A DNA stretch of 64,000 nt, from positions 2,247,111-2,311,110 of the forward strand of contig JAUZTB010000094.1 of assembly GCA_034780895.1 (NCBI GenBank), in the 5' to 3' direction. Within the stretch, counting starts at the first letter, position 1, and the number at the start of each line of letters is the position of its first letter. Positions 41,891-54,769 of the stretch are shown here, in pieces. A program made the translations under genes and the position numbers. Below the pieces are notes generated by a model. That model saw only the letters and a program-made list of their open reading frames with translations. It was not told where the DNA came from and did not search any database. Source of the DNA: Rhynchobatus australiae (Eukaryota).

Positions 41891-42344
41891 TTAAATAAAT
41901 TCAAGAGTCATTCTCGATGGACAGGATATTCAACAACAATAAGCATTACAATCAAGCCCAAACTCCATCTGCACACATGCACTTTGCTGAAGGGTCAAAG
42001 GATTTTGTTCTTCTTTCAAAGTTCACTGAAGCTGATTGAACTTTGACTCTTTCTGGTCTGCGTGGGCTTGCATTTACCTTGCTGAGCCATCTGGAGCCTG
42101 CAGAGATGCAGGATGTGTTGTTTGTATCTCCAAAGCATACAGGAAAACTTGTCTATTCTGTTGATTGTCGTCTGCATTAACAGTGACAGAATCAACTAGT
42201 CCAGGACAAAACTTTGGTCAATTGAAATATTATTCTGAATCTGTTTGAAAATAAATGTGCAACTTTTTTTAAAAGCATCTTTCATAATTTTAGGATGTTC
42301 CCAATATATTTAATAGCCAAAATAGTACTTTTAAAGTCGAGTCA

Positions 42345-43150
42345 CCATTGATTTCCTCCTCCTCAGGCAGTCCCTCCGGGTCAAGAGCAATTTGCTTCCA
42401 CCACAGTTCTGTGGGTCGAGGTGACTGCAAAGATTTACATGGGATTTGCAGACTTTGCCACAGGAGGACAGGTAGTGATTGACACGCTGTGCGGATAGGT
42501 TGTTTGAGATGCGTGTTCCTTTACATTTGGCCATCATGTGATTCCGTCAGAGGTTCCAGGTACTTTGTGCTTTCCCGGATGGCAGTCCTGGCAGTCCTCC
42601 ATTTTCAGCACCCCAGGCTAGGGATTCCCACAAGTTGGTGAGGGGTGTTACATTTCCTCAAGGAGACTTTGAGAACACCCTTAAGAGTTTTCTCCATCCC
42701 CCTGGAAATCAATTGCTACGAAAGAGCAGAGCAGAGCTACTGTGGAGTAAGGCTTGTGGATAACTTGGCCCACCCATCGGAAGTGGATGAACATGATCAG
42801 AGCATCAATGTTGGGGATATTGGCCTGAGAGAGGACAATGATGTTGGTTTATTTATCTTGCTAGTCGAATTGGGGAATTTTGCAGATTTAGAGTTCAAGA
42901 GGTGCCAACTGTGGATAGTCAATATCTCAGAGATGTACCGAAGGGCAGAGATGACTGCTACACAGTAGACTTGAGTTTGGCCTTGGGTTGTCCCTCAATT
43001 GACCAAAGACCATGTTATTACACTGGAGACCACGGTGAATTTCAACATCGATGTCTGTCGTTGCTGAGTGGCGATTCCCAACATTAGGGAAGTGATCCAC
43101 ATTTTCCAGGGTCTCAGTGTGGATCCACTGCTGTTACAGGATGTGTTGCA
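42345..43150 (-). mobile_element. Degenerate RTE-clade LINE 3' fragment
   Basis: caggcagtccctccgggtcaagagcaatttgcttcc 3'-end motif; minus-strand PNIDALIM resembles RTE PSIEALI. Related remnants at ~36300-36560 and ~54770-55490. Confidence 0.5.
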
Positions 43151-46100
43151 TTCAATGTGCACAAACAGCAACATGATAATGGACAGTTTTAAAAAAAAAA
43201 TTTCCTTGGATACAAATGTTAGTCTGGACACTAGGAGAGTTGACTGGGGTTCAGTTTCTCTCATCCAAAATATGGTACTTACCATAGTGCAGCACACCCT
43301 CAGCAAATGCACTGGAGCTTCACCCTCGTTGAGTCAAACCTGATCCCACATCCTTTTAACTTGGAGGGGTGTGTGCTATCCACTGGTTGAAAGCTTTACA
43401 CTTGATTTTAAAAATAAAGACCTTACGTTTATGAAATTATTATTGGGTTTCTGATCATCCTGAAATGTTAACTCACTTTCTTTCCACTTGCTGACCGCTT
43501 TTGGCATTTTCTGCTCCTACCATGTGATTGTGCTCATTTGGTAAATTGGAATTCAGCCAACACTTGTAAGAATTAATGAACTTCATTTGGGCAGCATTGA
43601 AGAAAAATGCTCAGGCCACCCCAAAACATCTTACAACTAAAGCATTCAAGTGCAAAGATAACAAAGTCATGTGAATGGCAAATAAGCTAATGACCAGATA
43701 ATTGGATGACGTTGGTCAGAGCGCGAATTCTGGCCAGGATCGTCAACTCTTCTTGGCAAAATGCCAAAGAAACTGAGGTTCATGTGAACAGGCAAAGAAC
43801 AGTCTCAGCCAAGAGACTAAGCCTCTGTCACTGGAAACCAACCATCCAGTGTTAAGAGTTGAAAATATTCTTGGTGCAGTTCAGACTGGAAAGACAAATA
43901 CATAATTGGATTGTTCAGCAAAGTTCAAGAAGGTATAAATCAAACATTTTTGCATCATTATTACACCAAAGTGGAATCCTAGCAAGAACAGTTCAGGGAG
44001 AACAAAAAATTGCAGATGTTGGAATTGAGAAAAGCAAACAAAATGCTGGGATATCTGTGGAGATACAATAACCAGTATTTAAAGGAAAAGGAAGAAGAAA
44101 AACAAACAGAATGGTCCGTAAAGTAAGTGGGGGTGAGGAGGGTTGGGTAGTGGCCAAGTTAAAAAGTCTTCAAATGCCTCAACCACACCTTCCCTGCCAC
44201 ATCCACCTGAAAAGAAAATGGGAACTACTAATGTTCTGAAATTATTGCGGTTGTTATCAAGAAAAGGCTACAAGCCCCATGAGAAGGGGACTGTGCTGTT
44301 CTTTGAGCCTGCAGCGAGCTCAAAAGGTATAGCAGAGGAGGCCAGTGATAAATGTTGAGCAGCCGTGGCAGAGAAGTCATGTGGTGAGTAATGGGCAGCA
44401 GAGTCCTGCACCTCACAAGGCACAAAAGGGCTGGCAGACAACACCAAGATCCTGTATATTACAGCAAGTGGCGCTGCTGCCACTAGATGTTTTCAGGCAG
44501 TCACATAAGCAATTTTGTCATTGAACTCCCCACTCTTGACCACTTGCACCTCTTTAAAGAGCGGTTCATTTGGAGTTAAAATCCAGATCCACAGATAACT
44601 TTTTGTACTTTGGTCAAACCCCTTTGGCAAAACTGCTGATGTCAGTGAAAGTCCAGTGAGGGTGTGCCACACACAGACCAACCCAGACCTGTTGGCACAA
44701 GGCAAAGCTGTAACTGAGTGGACAGCCCGAGGGTCCAGAGTGGATCTCCTTTACTGCTTCCACCCACCGTGACACAAGCTTTTGGAAGGAAAGCCCCTTA
44801 AAATTAATACAGGGAAAATTAAAAGAATCAGTACACTATCGTGAATGCTGTTCCTAAACATCACGGTTGAGTCACGATTGCAATTTTTGATTGCAAATTG
44901 TACAGATTTCCAGATGAAATAAAATGAAAAGCTATTTTCCCCAGATCCAGAAAGACCCAGATTTAGTTCCTTGTCTGTGGTTCTCCCAAAAGGCACAGAA
45001 TGGGAGCAATTGGTCTCAATTTGAAGGGCAGAGCGAGCAAGTGGAACAACACAGACTGACCAATCAACCAGCCAAGTTCAGTCACAAGCTCCTGTTCAGC
45101 ACGCATGCAAGGGCAGAATTGGGCGTGGCTGTGATGTGCCCTAGTGTTCATAGTCAAGGAAAGATTCGATGCCAAATAGGTTTGGGTGGGACTCAGGCTG
45201 GGGGAGAAAAAAACAGATAGAAAGGCTAAGAAATAAAAATGACAAATAATAGAAGCAAATGCAAATAATAACAGGAGAAAGAAGCAAAGAGGGGATCACC
45301 AGAGTACAATGTTAGCTCAGACAGCAGGAACTGCGCTCCGAGTACATAATCCCCATTTTGAGGGGCAAGCATTTTGAATTACAGCTACATTTCAATATTT
45401 GAGCACGGGTGTTATTGACAGCTTCAGTAAATTTTTGGTCATCTGTTTCAGCAAATGAACAGCAGAATACACAAAGTGACAGAAGCAGATCCACTCCCAG
45501 TTCAAGACATGCCCATTCACCAAGGTGAGGGCCTCCCCCCACAAAATTGACAAACTCCATCACATCAGGATTCAGTGCGCTGCATGCAGAGCATCACTCG
45601 GGAATAAATCAAGTGCATCACTTGCATTTTGTTCAAAATCCTACTTCTCACACTACACACACTGCCTTTGGCTCACTCAATTGAATCCAACAACTTAATC
45701 CCTTTCTTTGCTATTGTAGTGCCCCACAGAGATTACCCAATAGAACGGAATGCCAAGAACTGAAGCAGAACCTTGTGGCACATGCTTGCCAGCTGTTATT
45801 GAGGGAGTCACTTTGGCTTCGATTACTTAAACCAACCATCCTGTTGTTCTGCACCCCAAACTATTTTGAGGCTGCTGAAATGGGATTCCAAGGGTCTAAG
45901 CATTTATTTGAAATTGCAGTGACACTAATCTCTACACTAGTATTCCTAGCAAAGAAAGTGTTCCATTTTAAGATTCAACATACAGAGATGAAGGTTTGCC
46001 AGCCAAACAAACTCAATTTAAAAAGGACATGAACCACCAGGGTATCATATTTCCTCTGACACCCAGCAGGCCCTTGCTGTCTGCTGGGTACCACTTGAAA

Positions 46101-48472
46101 AGGCATGGAACACCTGGAATGGAAGAACGTCACCATTTCAAGCAGTGACGCCTCTTTGCCAGGCAGTTTCTCCCACCCCAAAGTTATAAAAAGACAGGAA
46201 AGTAGAACAGACTAACTGTGCAAAACCAAATCATGTGCTCAAGATAAGTGGACCAAAAAAAGAGCCCAGTGTTTCATTATGTGACCGCATAGATCATGCA
46301 AATCATTTGACATTTTGTCACGCAGAATTCTTCCGTGCAAACACCAGTGACAGTCATGAACTTTCCCTTGCCCTGTGGGAGTTCACTCTGGTCTCCAAGC
46401 AAACATTATTTCTATATATTATACATTTTCCCTATAGGCTGACATACAGACCAGCTCAAGTCTGTAAGCAGAAGGATTAATACTCAACTAGCAAACACTG
46501 TTTTTAAAAAGGCATTTCTTCAACATTCACACAACATTTTTCAACATTACTCTCTCCTTCTCTCTCACACACACTATGCAAACCACCAGTGGCTTTGGCA
46601 AGATATTCATTTCCCTGGTACCTTCGAGGCCTCAAGATGCCATTTGGTGTTTCACTGGCAGTAAAGCACTTCTTGAAGTGCAGTCACGTATGTAGGAAAC
46701 TCACCAGCCAATTTTTGCTGCTCCCCCCCATAAAGTTGCCTGATGTAGGCACATCTCCAAGCTGTGAGCAGCTCACAGTGCGAGTTTCTAGTCAGGTATT
46801 AGCTGTGCCCAACACCACATGCACAAGATACATCAAAACTATTTCACTGATGAGAGGTGTCGTTATCAAGAGAAGCTGGTTGTTTTGGCAGAACTTCCTA
46901 ACCAAAAAGGCAAGGCTCCGAAACTGGAAACTATTTCAGAGCTCAAACTAATTCTAAAGTAGTAACTGGAGATGCTGGAAATACTAAGGTGAGGCAGCAT
47001 CTGTGAAGAGAGAAATTGAGTCATTAAGGTACCAATTTGCATCAGAAGATTGTACGAACTAGCTTTCTGCAACCAATATCAGACAGCTTGGGGACAGTGA
47101 AAAGCATCCCCTCCATGACCACATTCCCTGCTCAGGGCTTTCAATCTTTATATACAGAAGAGATAATCAACTAAAAACCAACCACCTTCTACAACCCTAA
47201 AAAAAATCTGTGCTCCTCCATCTTTGGCCTTGAGCAACTCCAAATTTAATCTCTTATCAACTTCAGAAGCTGCAAAATATCCTCCACGCCCATCAAATCC
47301 TTTCAGATGATCTTTCAAACCAACCTNNNNNNNNNNNNNNNNNNNNNNNNNNNNNNNNNNNNNNNNNNNNNNNNNNNNNNNNNNNNNNNNNNNNNNNNNN
47401 NNNNNNNNNNNNNNNNNNNNNNNNNNNNNNNNNNNNNNNNNNNNNNNNNNNNNNNNNNNNNNNNNNNNNNNNNNNNNNNNNNNNNNNNNNNNNNNNNNNN
47501 NNNNNNNNNNNNNNNNNNNNNNNNNNNNNNNNNNNNNNNNNNNNNNNNNNNNNNNNNNNNNNNNNNNNNNNNNNNNNNNNNNNNNNNNNNNNNNNNNNNN
47601 NNNNNCTTACCTCATCTTCCAAAAGCTCCTACAGACAATTTTGCTATTAGAGACTAAATGTATGAACAGACAACTTATCAAATACCTAGATCAAGTTAAA
47701 TCAGGCACACTATTAAATACCAGAGTAGGCTCCAAGGGTTAAAATAGCCACCTCCTGTAACTCAGTTGGGTTTTATGACAGTTGGGAGAAGTGGTTCTCA
47801 TTTAATAAAAACAAGCCAAAGGAGTGACAGTTGACTATCAAGTGAGGGGCTCTACAATGAACCATGTTCTATCCTCCACAACCATGTCACTAAATGCAGT
47901 TCACCGAGTAGCCTGTAGGAACACCGGCCAACCTTTCCTTCTCCAATAGTGCAGGTGAGAATGGGAAAGGCAGCTCAACTACTGACTCTGGCCTAGATCA
48001 GGTAGGCAGCACAATCAAACCTGCGACCATTTCTCTCTGCTCCATTCACCTCACCAGGCTCCAAAATGGTCTACCAATAGGCTCGTGCAAAGGAGGGCAC
48101 ATTCAATCTTTTCCTTTAGGTTGCCAAGCTCAGAACATGTAGCCAAGGTGTGCAATGGCTATCCTGTGCTGGATTATTTGAACTGTATAGAGCAAAAGGA
48201 AAAGAATGATGCAGAGGTGGAGTGGGGGTGGGAGTAGAGAATAACTCTCATCTGTTTGGTTAATCCAAAGAGTTTTTTTCCTTCTCTTAAGGCAAGTTAA
48301 TCTGGCAGCCCTGCCATACATTACACAAGAGGGCATGTTTGAGCCTCAGCAAGTACACGCGCGAGTTATTTAACGGTTCAGTAAATCCAATCTTAGCCTC
48401 GATTGGCATCTACATGCGAACACTTCCTCGGCAGCATCGCCAGAGAGTCGCCAAGACAGAAGCCAGGATCAC

Positions 48473-48515
48473 CTTCACACTCTTGGCTCAGACCATCGAG
48501 TGTAAACGAGAATGC
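48473..48515 (-). CDS. LIMA1: LIMA1 probable exon 5 (AFSFTLDGLSQECE-G)
   Basis: Acceptor tctgttctacattag|GCA; weak donor GAAG|gtgatc. 43 nt, phase 0 to 1, as needed to join exon 4 to exon 6. SFTLDGL resembles human SYSLDDL. Confidence 0.5.
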
Positions 48516-49114
48516 CTAATGTAGAACAGATGGGAGGATTGATCCTGAGACTTCAGCTGTCTATTCCTTGAGTTTTATTTTTTTTGAGGCTGGAAACTGC
48601 AAGAAAATTTCTCNNNNNNNNNNNNNNNNNNNNNNNNNNNNNNNNNNNNNNNNNNNNNNNNNNNNNNNNNNNNNNNNNNNNNNNNNNNNNNNNNNNNNNN
48701 NNNNNNNNNNNNNNNNNNNNNNNNNNNNNNNNNNNNNNNNNNNNNNNNTGACTTCCATGTAATATTATGTTACATTTAATTTCAATCTTAAAAACAAACC
48801 CAGGCTGGCTGTAGAAGGAGCACCTCTACTCTTTTCAAGAAATAAAGAAAACTGCATTAAAACGTCATGGGAGCTGATCACTAGTTTCCTTAACTAACTT
48901 GATCAAAAAACTTTAAAATTCAAAACACATTTAAAATGACAGATATTGAACCAGCACACCAAGTTTTTAAAATTCTAAGCTACAAGGGGGTTCCACATGA
49001 AGGCAGCAAACATTTCAGGAGATCAGAGCAAGAATCTTTGAATGTTTAAAATGAACCGAGAGAGAAGGATACGTTGCCTTAACTCAAACAGCATCACTCG
49101 ATGCGAACACTTAC

Positions 49115-49612
49115 CTTAACTGGGAGTTCATGCTGTCTGCTCTTGGACTGAGCATTCACATCACCCTTCTCAAACATCATCTTCAAACTGTTCAGTGGGA
49201 CGTTAAACTTTTCAATTTTAGGGAAGATGGCCAGATCTTGTGCCATTCCATTCTCCACTTCAATCCCCTCTTTTGAAAGAGCTCTCTCCATCTTCCAGCT
49301 CTCAGACTGTGGCTTTATCTCAGCCTGCTCTTCACTCTCTGCACCAGGGTAAGAAAATCTGCTCGAGGCTCTTGGGCTCCTGGGAGACTTGATCCTTGTG
49401 GTGGTGGGGCTCTTGGAATTCTGATCTGACTCACTTAGAAGCCCCAAGCTAGCGTCTGGTTTTGGGCTGACAGCAGTGACCTGAGGTCGGTTAACTCTGA
49501 CAGGCGACTTTTGAGGCAAAGGTTGTGCTGCAGAAGATTCTGGAACCTCCCACTTCTTCTTCAAGATGCTCAGGGTTCCCTTCCTCAGGTTAGGGGCAAG
49601 ATTTTCAGTGTT
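49115..49612 (-). CDS. LIMA1: LIMA1 exon 4 (contains the EPLIN-alpha start ATG at 49291)
   Basis: [22 protein letters not shown]...[19 protein letters not shown] matches human EPLIN. Acceptor tcttgcag|AAC; donor AAG|gtaagt; 498 nt, phase 0-0. Confidence 0.93.
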
Positions 49613-49858
49613 CTGCAAGAAGACAATTTAAAAAGCAGTTACAGGAAAGGAATGCCCACAGCAAGGGTTGAAGCAAGTTTTTGTGCAGTTTTGCAGGCAG
49701 GAAATAGTGTACACACATGCACATACGTGTCATCAGTGCTTCGAGTTTCATGGGCAGCTGCAACCATTTAGTGCTACAACTTGTACAGGCATTTCTGCCC
49801 TGGGGGTTTAACAGAAAGGCAGGAAACTGGAGCAGGAAATGATAAAACAGCAGGGTCT

Positions 49859-49868
49859 CCTTATAAGG
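49859..49868. promoter_or_regulatory. CArG box (SRF site) of the internal EPLIN-alpha promoter
   Basis: Perfect palindromic CC(A/T)6GG (CCTTATAAGG) about 250 nt upstream of exon 4 in LIMA1 orientation. Mammalian EPLIN-alpha is known to be driven by an SRF/MRTF promoter at the end of intron 3. Confidence 0.75.
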
Positions 49869-50997
49869 AAAAAGGAAGAACAATGAAGGGAATTGTTGAG
49901 GATTTCACTTATTACACTGGAACATAAAACAAGGCTTTACTTTTTTAAAAAAAATAAAATAAGTTGTATTTTAAGTTGATTTGATAGCTTTGGAATGATC
50001 AGGTTTCAAGTTTCCAGTGAATGGTACTTTTAACGTTGCACTCCGTCTGCACAGCTCTCCTCGTGCTCATCTCCTGCTTTATATTCTCACTTGAATATAT
50101 TCTTTATATTCAAGCAAGAGAGAAGAGCCAGTGCATCCAGCAGCACTTCACCAGACCAATATATGCACAAAGTTGTGCTGTGGCTGGACAAGTTGCTCAT
50201 TTTAGATTTTCCAGTCCAGTCAGCAGTGGGAAACAGCCCGAACTTCCTTTATCATCTGGAATTTCAGATGACATTCATTTCCCAGTTGGTAGAGGGGTTT
50301 ACTTAAAAATAATAAATTCCTCCCCAGAAGTAAGAGACACTGGCAAGGAGCCATGTATTGCTCATCCCTAGCTGTCTTGAGAATGCAGTGGTAGGATACT
50401 TTTTTAAAAAAATCTACAGAGTCAAGCTACTGTTGAACACCAATCTAATGTTAGTCTGGACAGAGTATTAGGCTCTCTCCCCTGAACAAAAGGACTTTCA
50501 TTTCTATTGAACCTTCATAGGTTCAGCTTGCATTCTCCAGCCAATGAAGTGAGACACTGTTACAATGCAGGGACCACGACAGTCCATTTGTACACAAGAA
50601 GCTCCCACAAACAGCAATACTGTGGTCCACGTAAATATCAATTGGGACATATGGCAGATTTCGCCTCCCCTTCTTCAGAATAGCACGGTGGGATCTTTGC
50701 CATCCACCCAGAAGAGCAGAGGGGGCCTCTGTTTAATGTCTCATTCGATAGCTTACTACTCCTTTTGTTCTGTGCTGGGAGTGGCAATTGAACTCCCAAC
50801 CTGATTCAGACATTAAATAAGCATTTTGGATTTTTACTGCAACCAACCAGAGATGAGGTTTCCATTTATCAAGAGTGAGTGAGAAAAAGTTGCCACCCTT
50901 AATATTATGTGTTCTGACGACGTCCAATGCCAGCCAGGGAAAGAGACTTGCCGTTTACTCGACTCAGATCAAAAAATTTTAGATAATTAATCTGGTC

Positions 50998-51155
50998 TAG
51001 AACAAAGAAAAACTGTGGCACAATTCAGGCCCTTCGGCCCACAAAGCTGTGCCAAACATGTCCTACCCTAGAAATTACTATGCTTACCCATAGCCCTCTA
51101 TTTTACTAAGCTCCATGTACCTATCTAACAGTCTCTTGAAAGACCCTATCGTATC
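50998..51155 (-). mobile_element. CR1-type 3' tail fragment abutting the Tx1 copy
   Basis: Reverse complement of the tail seen on + at 39351-39410 (cacagctttgtgggctgaagggcctgaattgtgccatagtttttctatgtttcta). Confidence 0.75.
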
Positions 51156-52530
51156 AGATCTGGTTCGGAGGGGCAGAGGCATGCAACAAAAATTGGCGGG
51201 AGCGGATTGGGAAGGTGAAGCAGAAACTGGGATGGTGGGAACGGCGCTCCCTATCGATGACTGGGAGGAACTTGGTCATCAGGTGCGAGGCGCTCTCAGG
51301 GCTGCTGTACTTGGCGCAGGTGTGGCCTGTTCCCCGCTCCTCTGGCTTGGAGATCACCCGTGCCGTCTTCCGGTTCATCTGGGGATCCAAGATGGAGCGG
51401 GTCCAACAGGTCACAAAGCACAAGTCCCTGGACAATGGGGGGTAAAGCTGTCCCCAGTGTCACCATCATCCTGATGATCACCTTCATCTGTGGCTGCATC
51501 AGGCTGGTCGTGGAACCGAAGTACGTGGGCACTAAGTGCCACTACGTACCAAGGTTCTACCTGTCCCGACGGTTGCGAAGGATGGGTCTGGCCCCGTGGC
51601 CACACAACGCCCCAGTCAGCTGGACGTTGCCACACTACCTGTCCTTCGTGGAGAAGATCTTCCGGACCTACCCCTTTGACCACAAGTCCATCAGGTAGTG
51701 GTCAGCGCGGAACATCCTGCAGACACTGCAGGAGGAGGACTCGATGGACACGGTGGGGTGGTTCCCTGAGCAGACTGTCCAGACCATCTGGCAGAATGCC
51801 ACATCGCCAGAACTCACAACAAGCACCAAGACCTGGGTTGGCTGGCGGTGAGAGGGGCCCTCCCAGTCAGATCTCTCCTGATTGGCTGGGGCATCACCCC
51901 CAGTGCGCGCTGCCCCCAGGAGGACTGCGCTGGGGAGGAGACGGTCACCCACCTCTTTGTGGAGTGTGGGTTCGCGAAGAGGGTGTGGCGAAAGATGTAG
52001 GGGTCCTTGTCCCGGTTTATCCCCAGCAGCTGCGTGACAGAGGATTCTCTGATCTACGGGCTGTTCCCGGGGACGCACACAGAGATGGACATCAACTGCT
52101 GCTGGAGAGTCATCAATTCGGTGAAAGACGCTCTTTGGTCTGCCCGGAAGTTGTTGGTCTCCCAGCACTGTGAGATGTCCGTAGGCGAATGCTGCCAACT
52201 GGCACACTCCAGGCTGCAGGAGTACGTGCTGAGGGACGCCCTGAAGCTGGGCGCAGCCAGTGCAAGGGCTCAGCGGGGAAGGATGACAGTCCAGGTTTTC
52301 TTCCGCCACAGGAGAGGGAGGGGTGGGGTCAGGTGAGGAAGCCCCACAAATATTGTAAATATGGGGTTGGGGTATCCCCCCAGGGAGCCACATGTGTGGC
52401 ATCGGGGCTGTGTCTTTATATATAAGAAGTAACACTAAGAACGGAACTGTACACAAATGTAAAGGTTTGAACTGGTTTATTATTTTATATAGTTTCTTTT
52501 ATTATAAATAAAGTTTATTTTGTTAAAATA
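51156..52530 (+). mobile_element. Tx1/L1-clade LINE, 5'-truncated 3' fragment
   Basis: GC-rich; IWFGG...WERRSLSMTGRNLVIR (RT end/thumb), CPQEDCAGEETVTHLFVECGFAKRVW zinc knuckle; 3' UTR with aataaa and an A-rich tail; a few stops and frameshifts. Confidence 0.88.
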
Positions 52531-54769
52531 AAAGAAAAACTATTCCCTGGTCAGAAAGCTGTGCCAAAGTTCAGGAAGGGACAGTCACAGCATTTGGGGA
52601 AGAAATGCGTGAAATCTACTGTATGTGTTGGAATAGACTGTGGATGAAGGCAGAGACAAGACAGATGGTGCTGACAATGGGATTTTGACCCCTAATAACA
52701 ATGCAGAGGGATTGCTGGTGAATGCACAATCCTTGAAAGGTTTGGAGTGGTGGTTGGTAGCTGCCCGAGGAGGTGTTGGAGGCAGGTACTCACAACATTT
52801 CAGGAGCATTAGACAAGCACTTGGAGTACCATGGACTACAGACCAAAGGCAGGTAAGTGGGACTGGTATAGATAAGTACGATGGTTAGCATAGCCATGGT
52901 GTGATGAAGGGCATGTTTCTGAGCTGGAGGACCAGATGAGACCAAATAATCTCTGTTGCTGATACACTGTTTCAGTGACAGACGCTGCCTGTCTCTGTGG
53001 AAGCTTCTAGAAGTTCATTGTTGCTGTAGATAAGGCCATCATCGAAAGTGCTGCTTTGCACGGTGCAAGTTCTTTTATAGATAAAGTACACCTGTTTGTT
53101 AGTTTAAATAACTGGCTATCCTCATCAGAGAGAGATACTGACACATGGTGTCAGAAATACCAGTTAATGAAGCTACAAGATATGGACTCTAAGCCTGAAT
53201 TGGAACACTAAATGCCAGGCATAACCTCTCCCAGTGAGGTAGTCTGTGGATGTGGGCCAGGAGACAGTGAGCTGTGTGATTCAATTGAGGGAGCACACAA
53301 GGAATGGCTGCTGAATTTCCAGACAAGTAACTGGTGTAGATAATGGAGAAACCTGNNNNNNNNNNNNNNNNNNNNNNNNNNNNNNNNNNNNNNNNNNNNN
53401 NNNNNNNNNNNNNNNNNNNNNNNNNNNNNNNNNNNNNNNNNNNNNNNNNNNNNNNAAAAAAAGAACTGGGAGAACCCTCCCCACATCAGTCACTCAGGAG
53501 AGTTTGGGTAAAGCCTGGTATAATCACCATGGAGTGCTCTCAGAATCCTAATTAATTTCTAATTAGTTTAGCACCACATTGTGGGCCGAAGGGCCTGTTC
53601 CTGTGCTGTACTGTTCTATGTTCTGTTCTAATCCAGGCCAAGGTCCACTGACAAATGTACCCAGTGCAACTGTGCCCAGACAAGTGCACCTGTACCCAGA
53701 GGTGGTTCACTCACGCATTGCACTCTTTGCCCATGCTATCTGACTGACCCATTTCCTTAAGTCCAAACAAATGGATTGTCACCCTCGCCTTTAGTCCCAG
53801 CCCCATTCACTCGTGCCTTGAACCAGCACCCCTTTTGTTATTTTCTCTCTCCTGCCTTCCGTCCCATAACCTATTCATCTCCAACTTCTACAGTTTTGAT
53901 GAGAGATCAACCTGAAACAATAACCGTTTCTCTCTCTCCATAGCTGCTGCCTGACCTGCGAAGTGTTTCCAGCATTTTCTGTTCCCATTTATACTATACT
54001 GTGTGGAGAACAAAACCTGCTAAGTACAGAATACCCTGGTCAGGCTTCAGCAGCNNNNNNNNNNNNNNNNNNNNNNNNNNNNNNNNNNNNNNNNNNNNNN
54101 NNNNNNNNNNNNNNNNNNNNNNNNNNNNNNNNNNNNNNNNNNNNNNNNNNNNNNNNNNNNNNNNNNNNNNNNNNNNNNNNNNNNNNNNNNNNNNNNNNNN
54201 NNNNNNNNNNNNNNNNNNNNNNNNNNNNNNNNNNNNNNNNNNNNNNNNNNNNNNNNNNNNNNNNNNNNNNNNNNNNNNNNNNNNNNNNNNNNNNNNNNNN
54301 NNNNNNNNNNNNNNNNNNNNNNNNNNNNNNNNNNNNNNNNNNNNNNNNNNNNNNNNNNNNNNNNNNNNNNNNNNNNNNNNNNNNNNNNNNNNNNNNNNNN
54401 NNNNNNNNNNNNNNNNNNNNNNNNNNNNNNNNNNNNNNNNNNNNNNNNNNNNNNNNNNNNNNNNNNNNNNNNNNNNNNNNNNNNNNNNNNNNNNNNNNNN
54501 NNNNNNNNNNAAACAGTCAAGGCCATTGACACAACCTAGCAATGACATCTTTGGTATGCCGGGCCTTTTGTGTGGTGGGGGTGGGATACAATCATATACT
54601 GTGATGTTAAACTTGAGCTTAAGATAGAGAGACTCATCTTTTGTCCCTTCCAAGGCAGCAAGGCTCATCCAAGGTACAGTCCCACTCCATACAAATCACC
54701 CAAATGGTTATTGCTTCGGTAGAAGCCTACACAGCAGATCTCTGAAAGCTATCAAAATATAACAACTAA

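Noticed and set aside
42078-42097. 20-nt exon-like segment with good splice signals on the minus strand
   Set aside because: Not frame-preserving and no homology.
47611-47628. 18-nt microexon candidate ELLEDE (tctgtag|...|gtaag)
   Set aside because: Its ELLEDE frame is phase 0-0, which does not fit the phase-1 intron after the proposed exon 5. It is adjacent to a gap and has no homology support.
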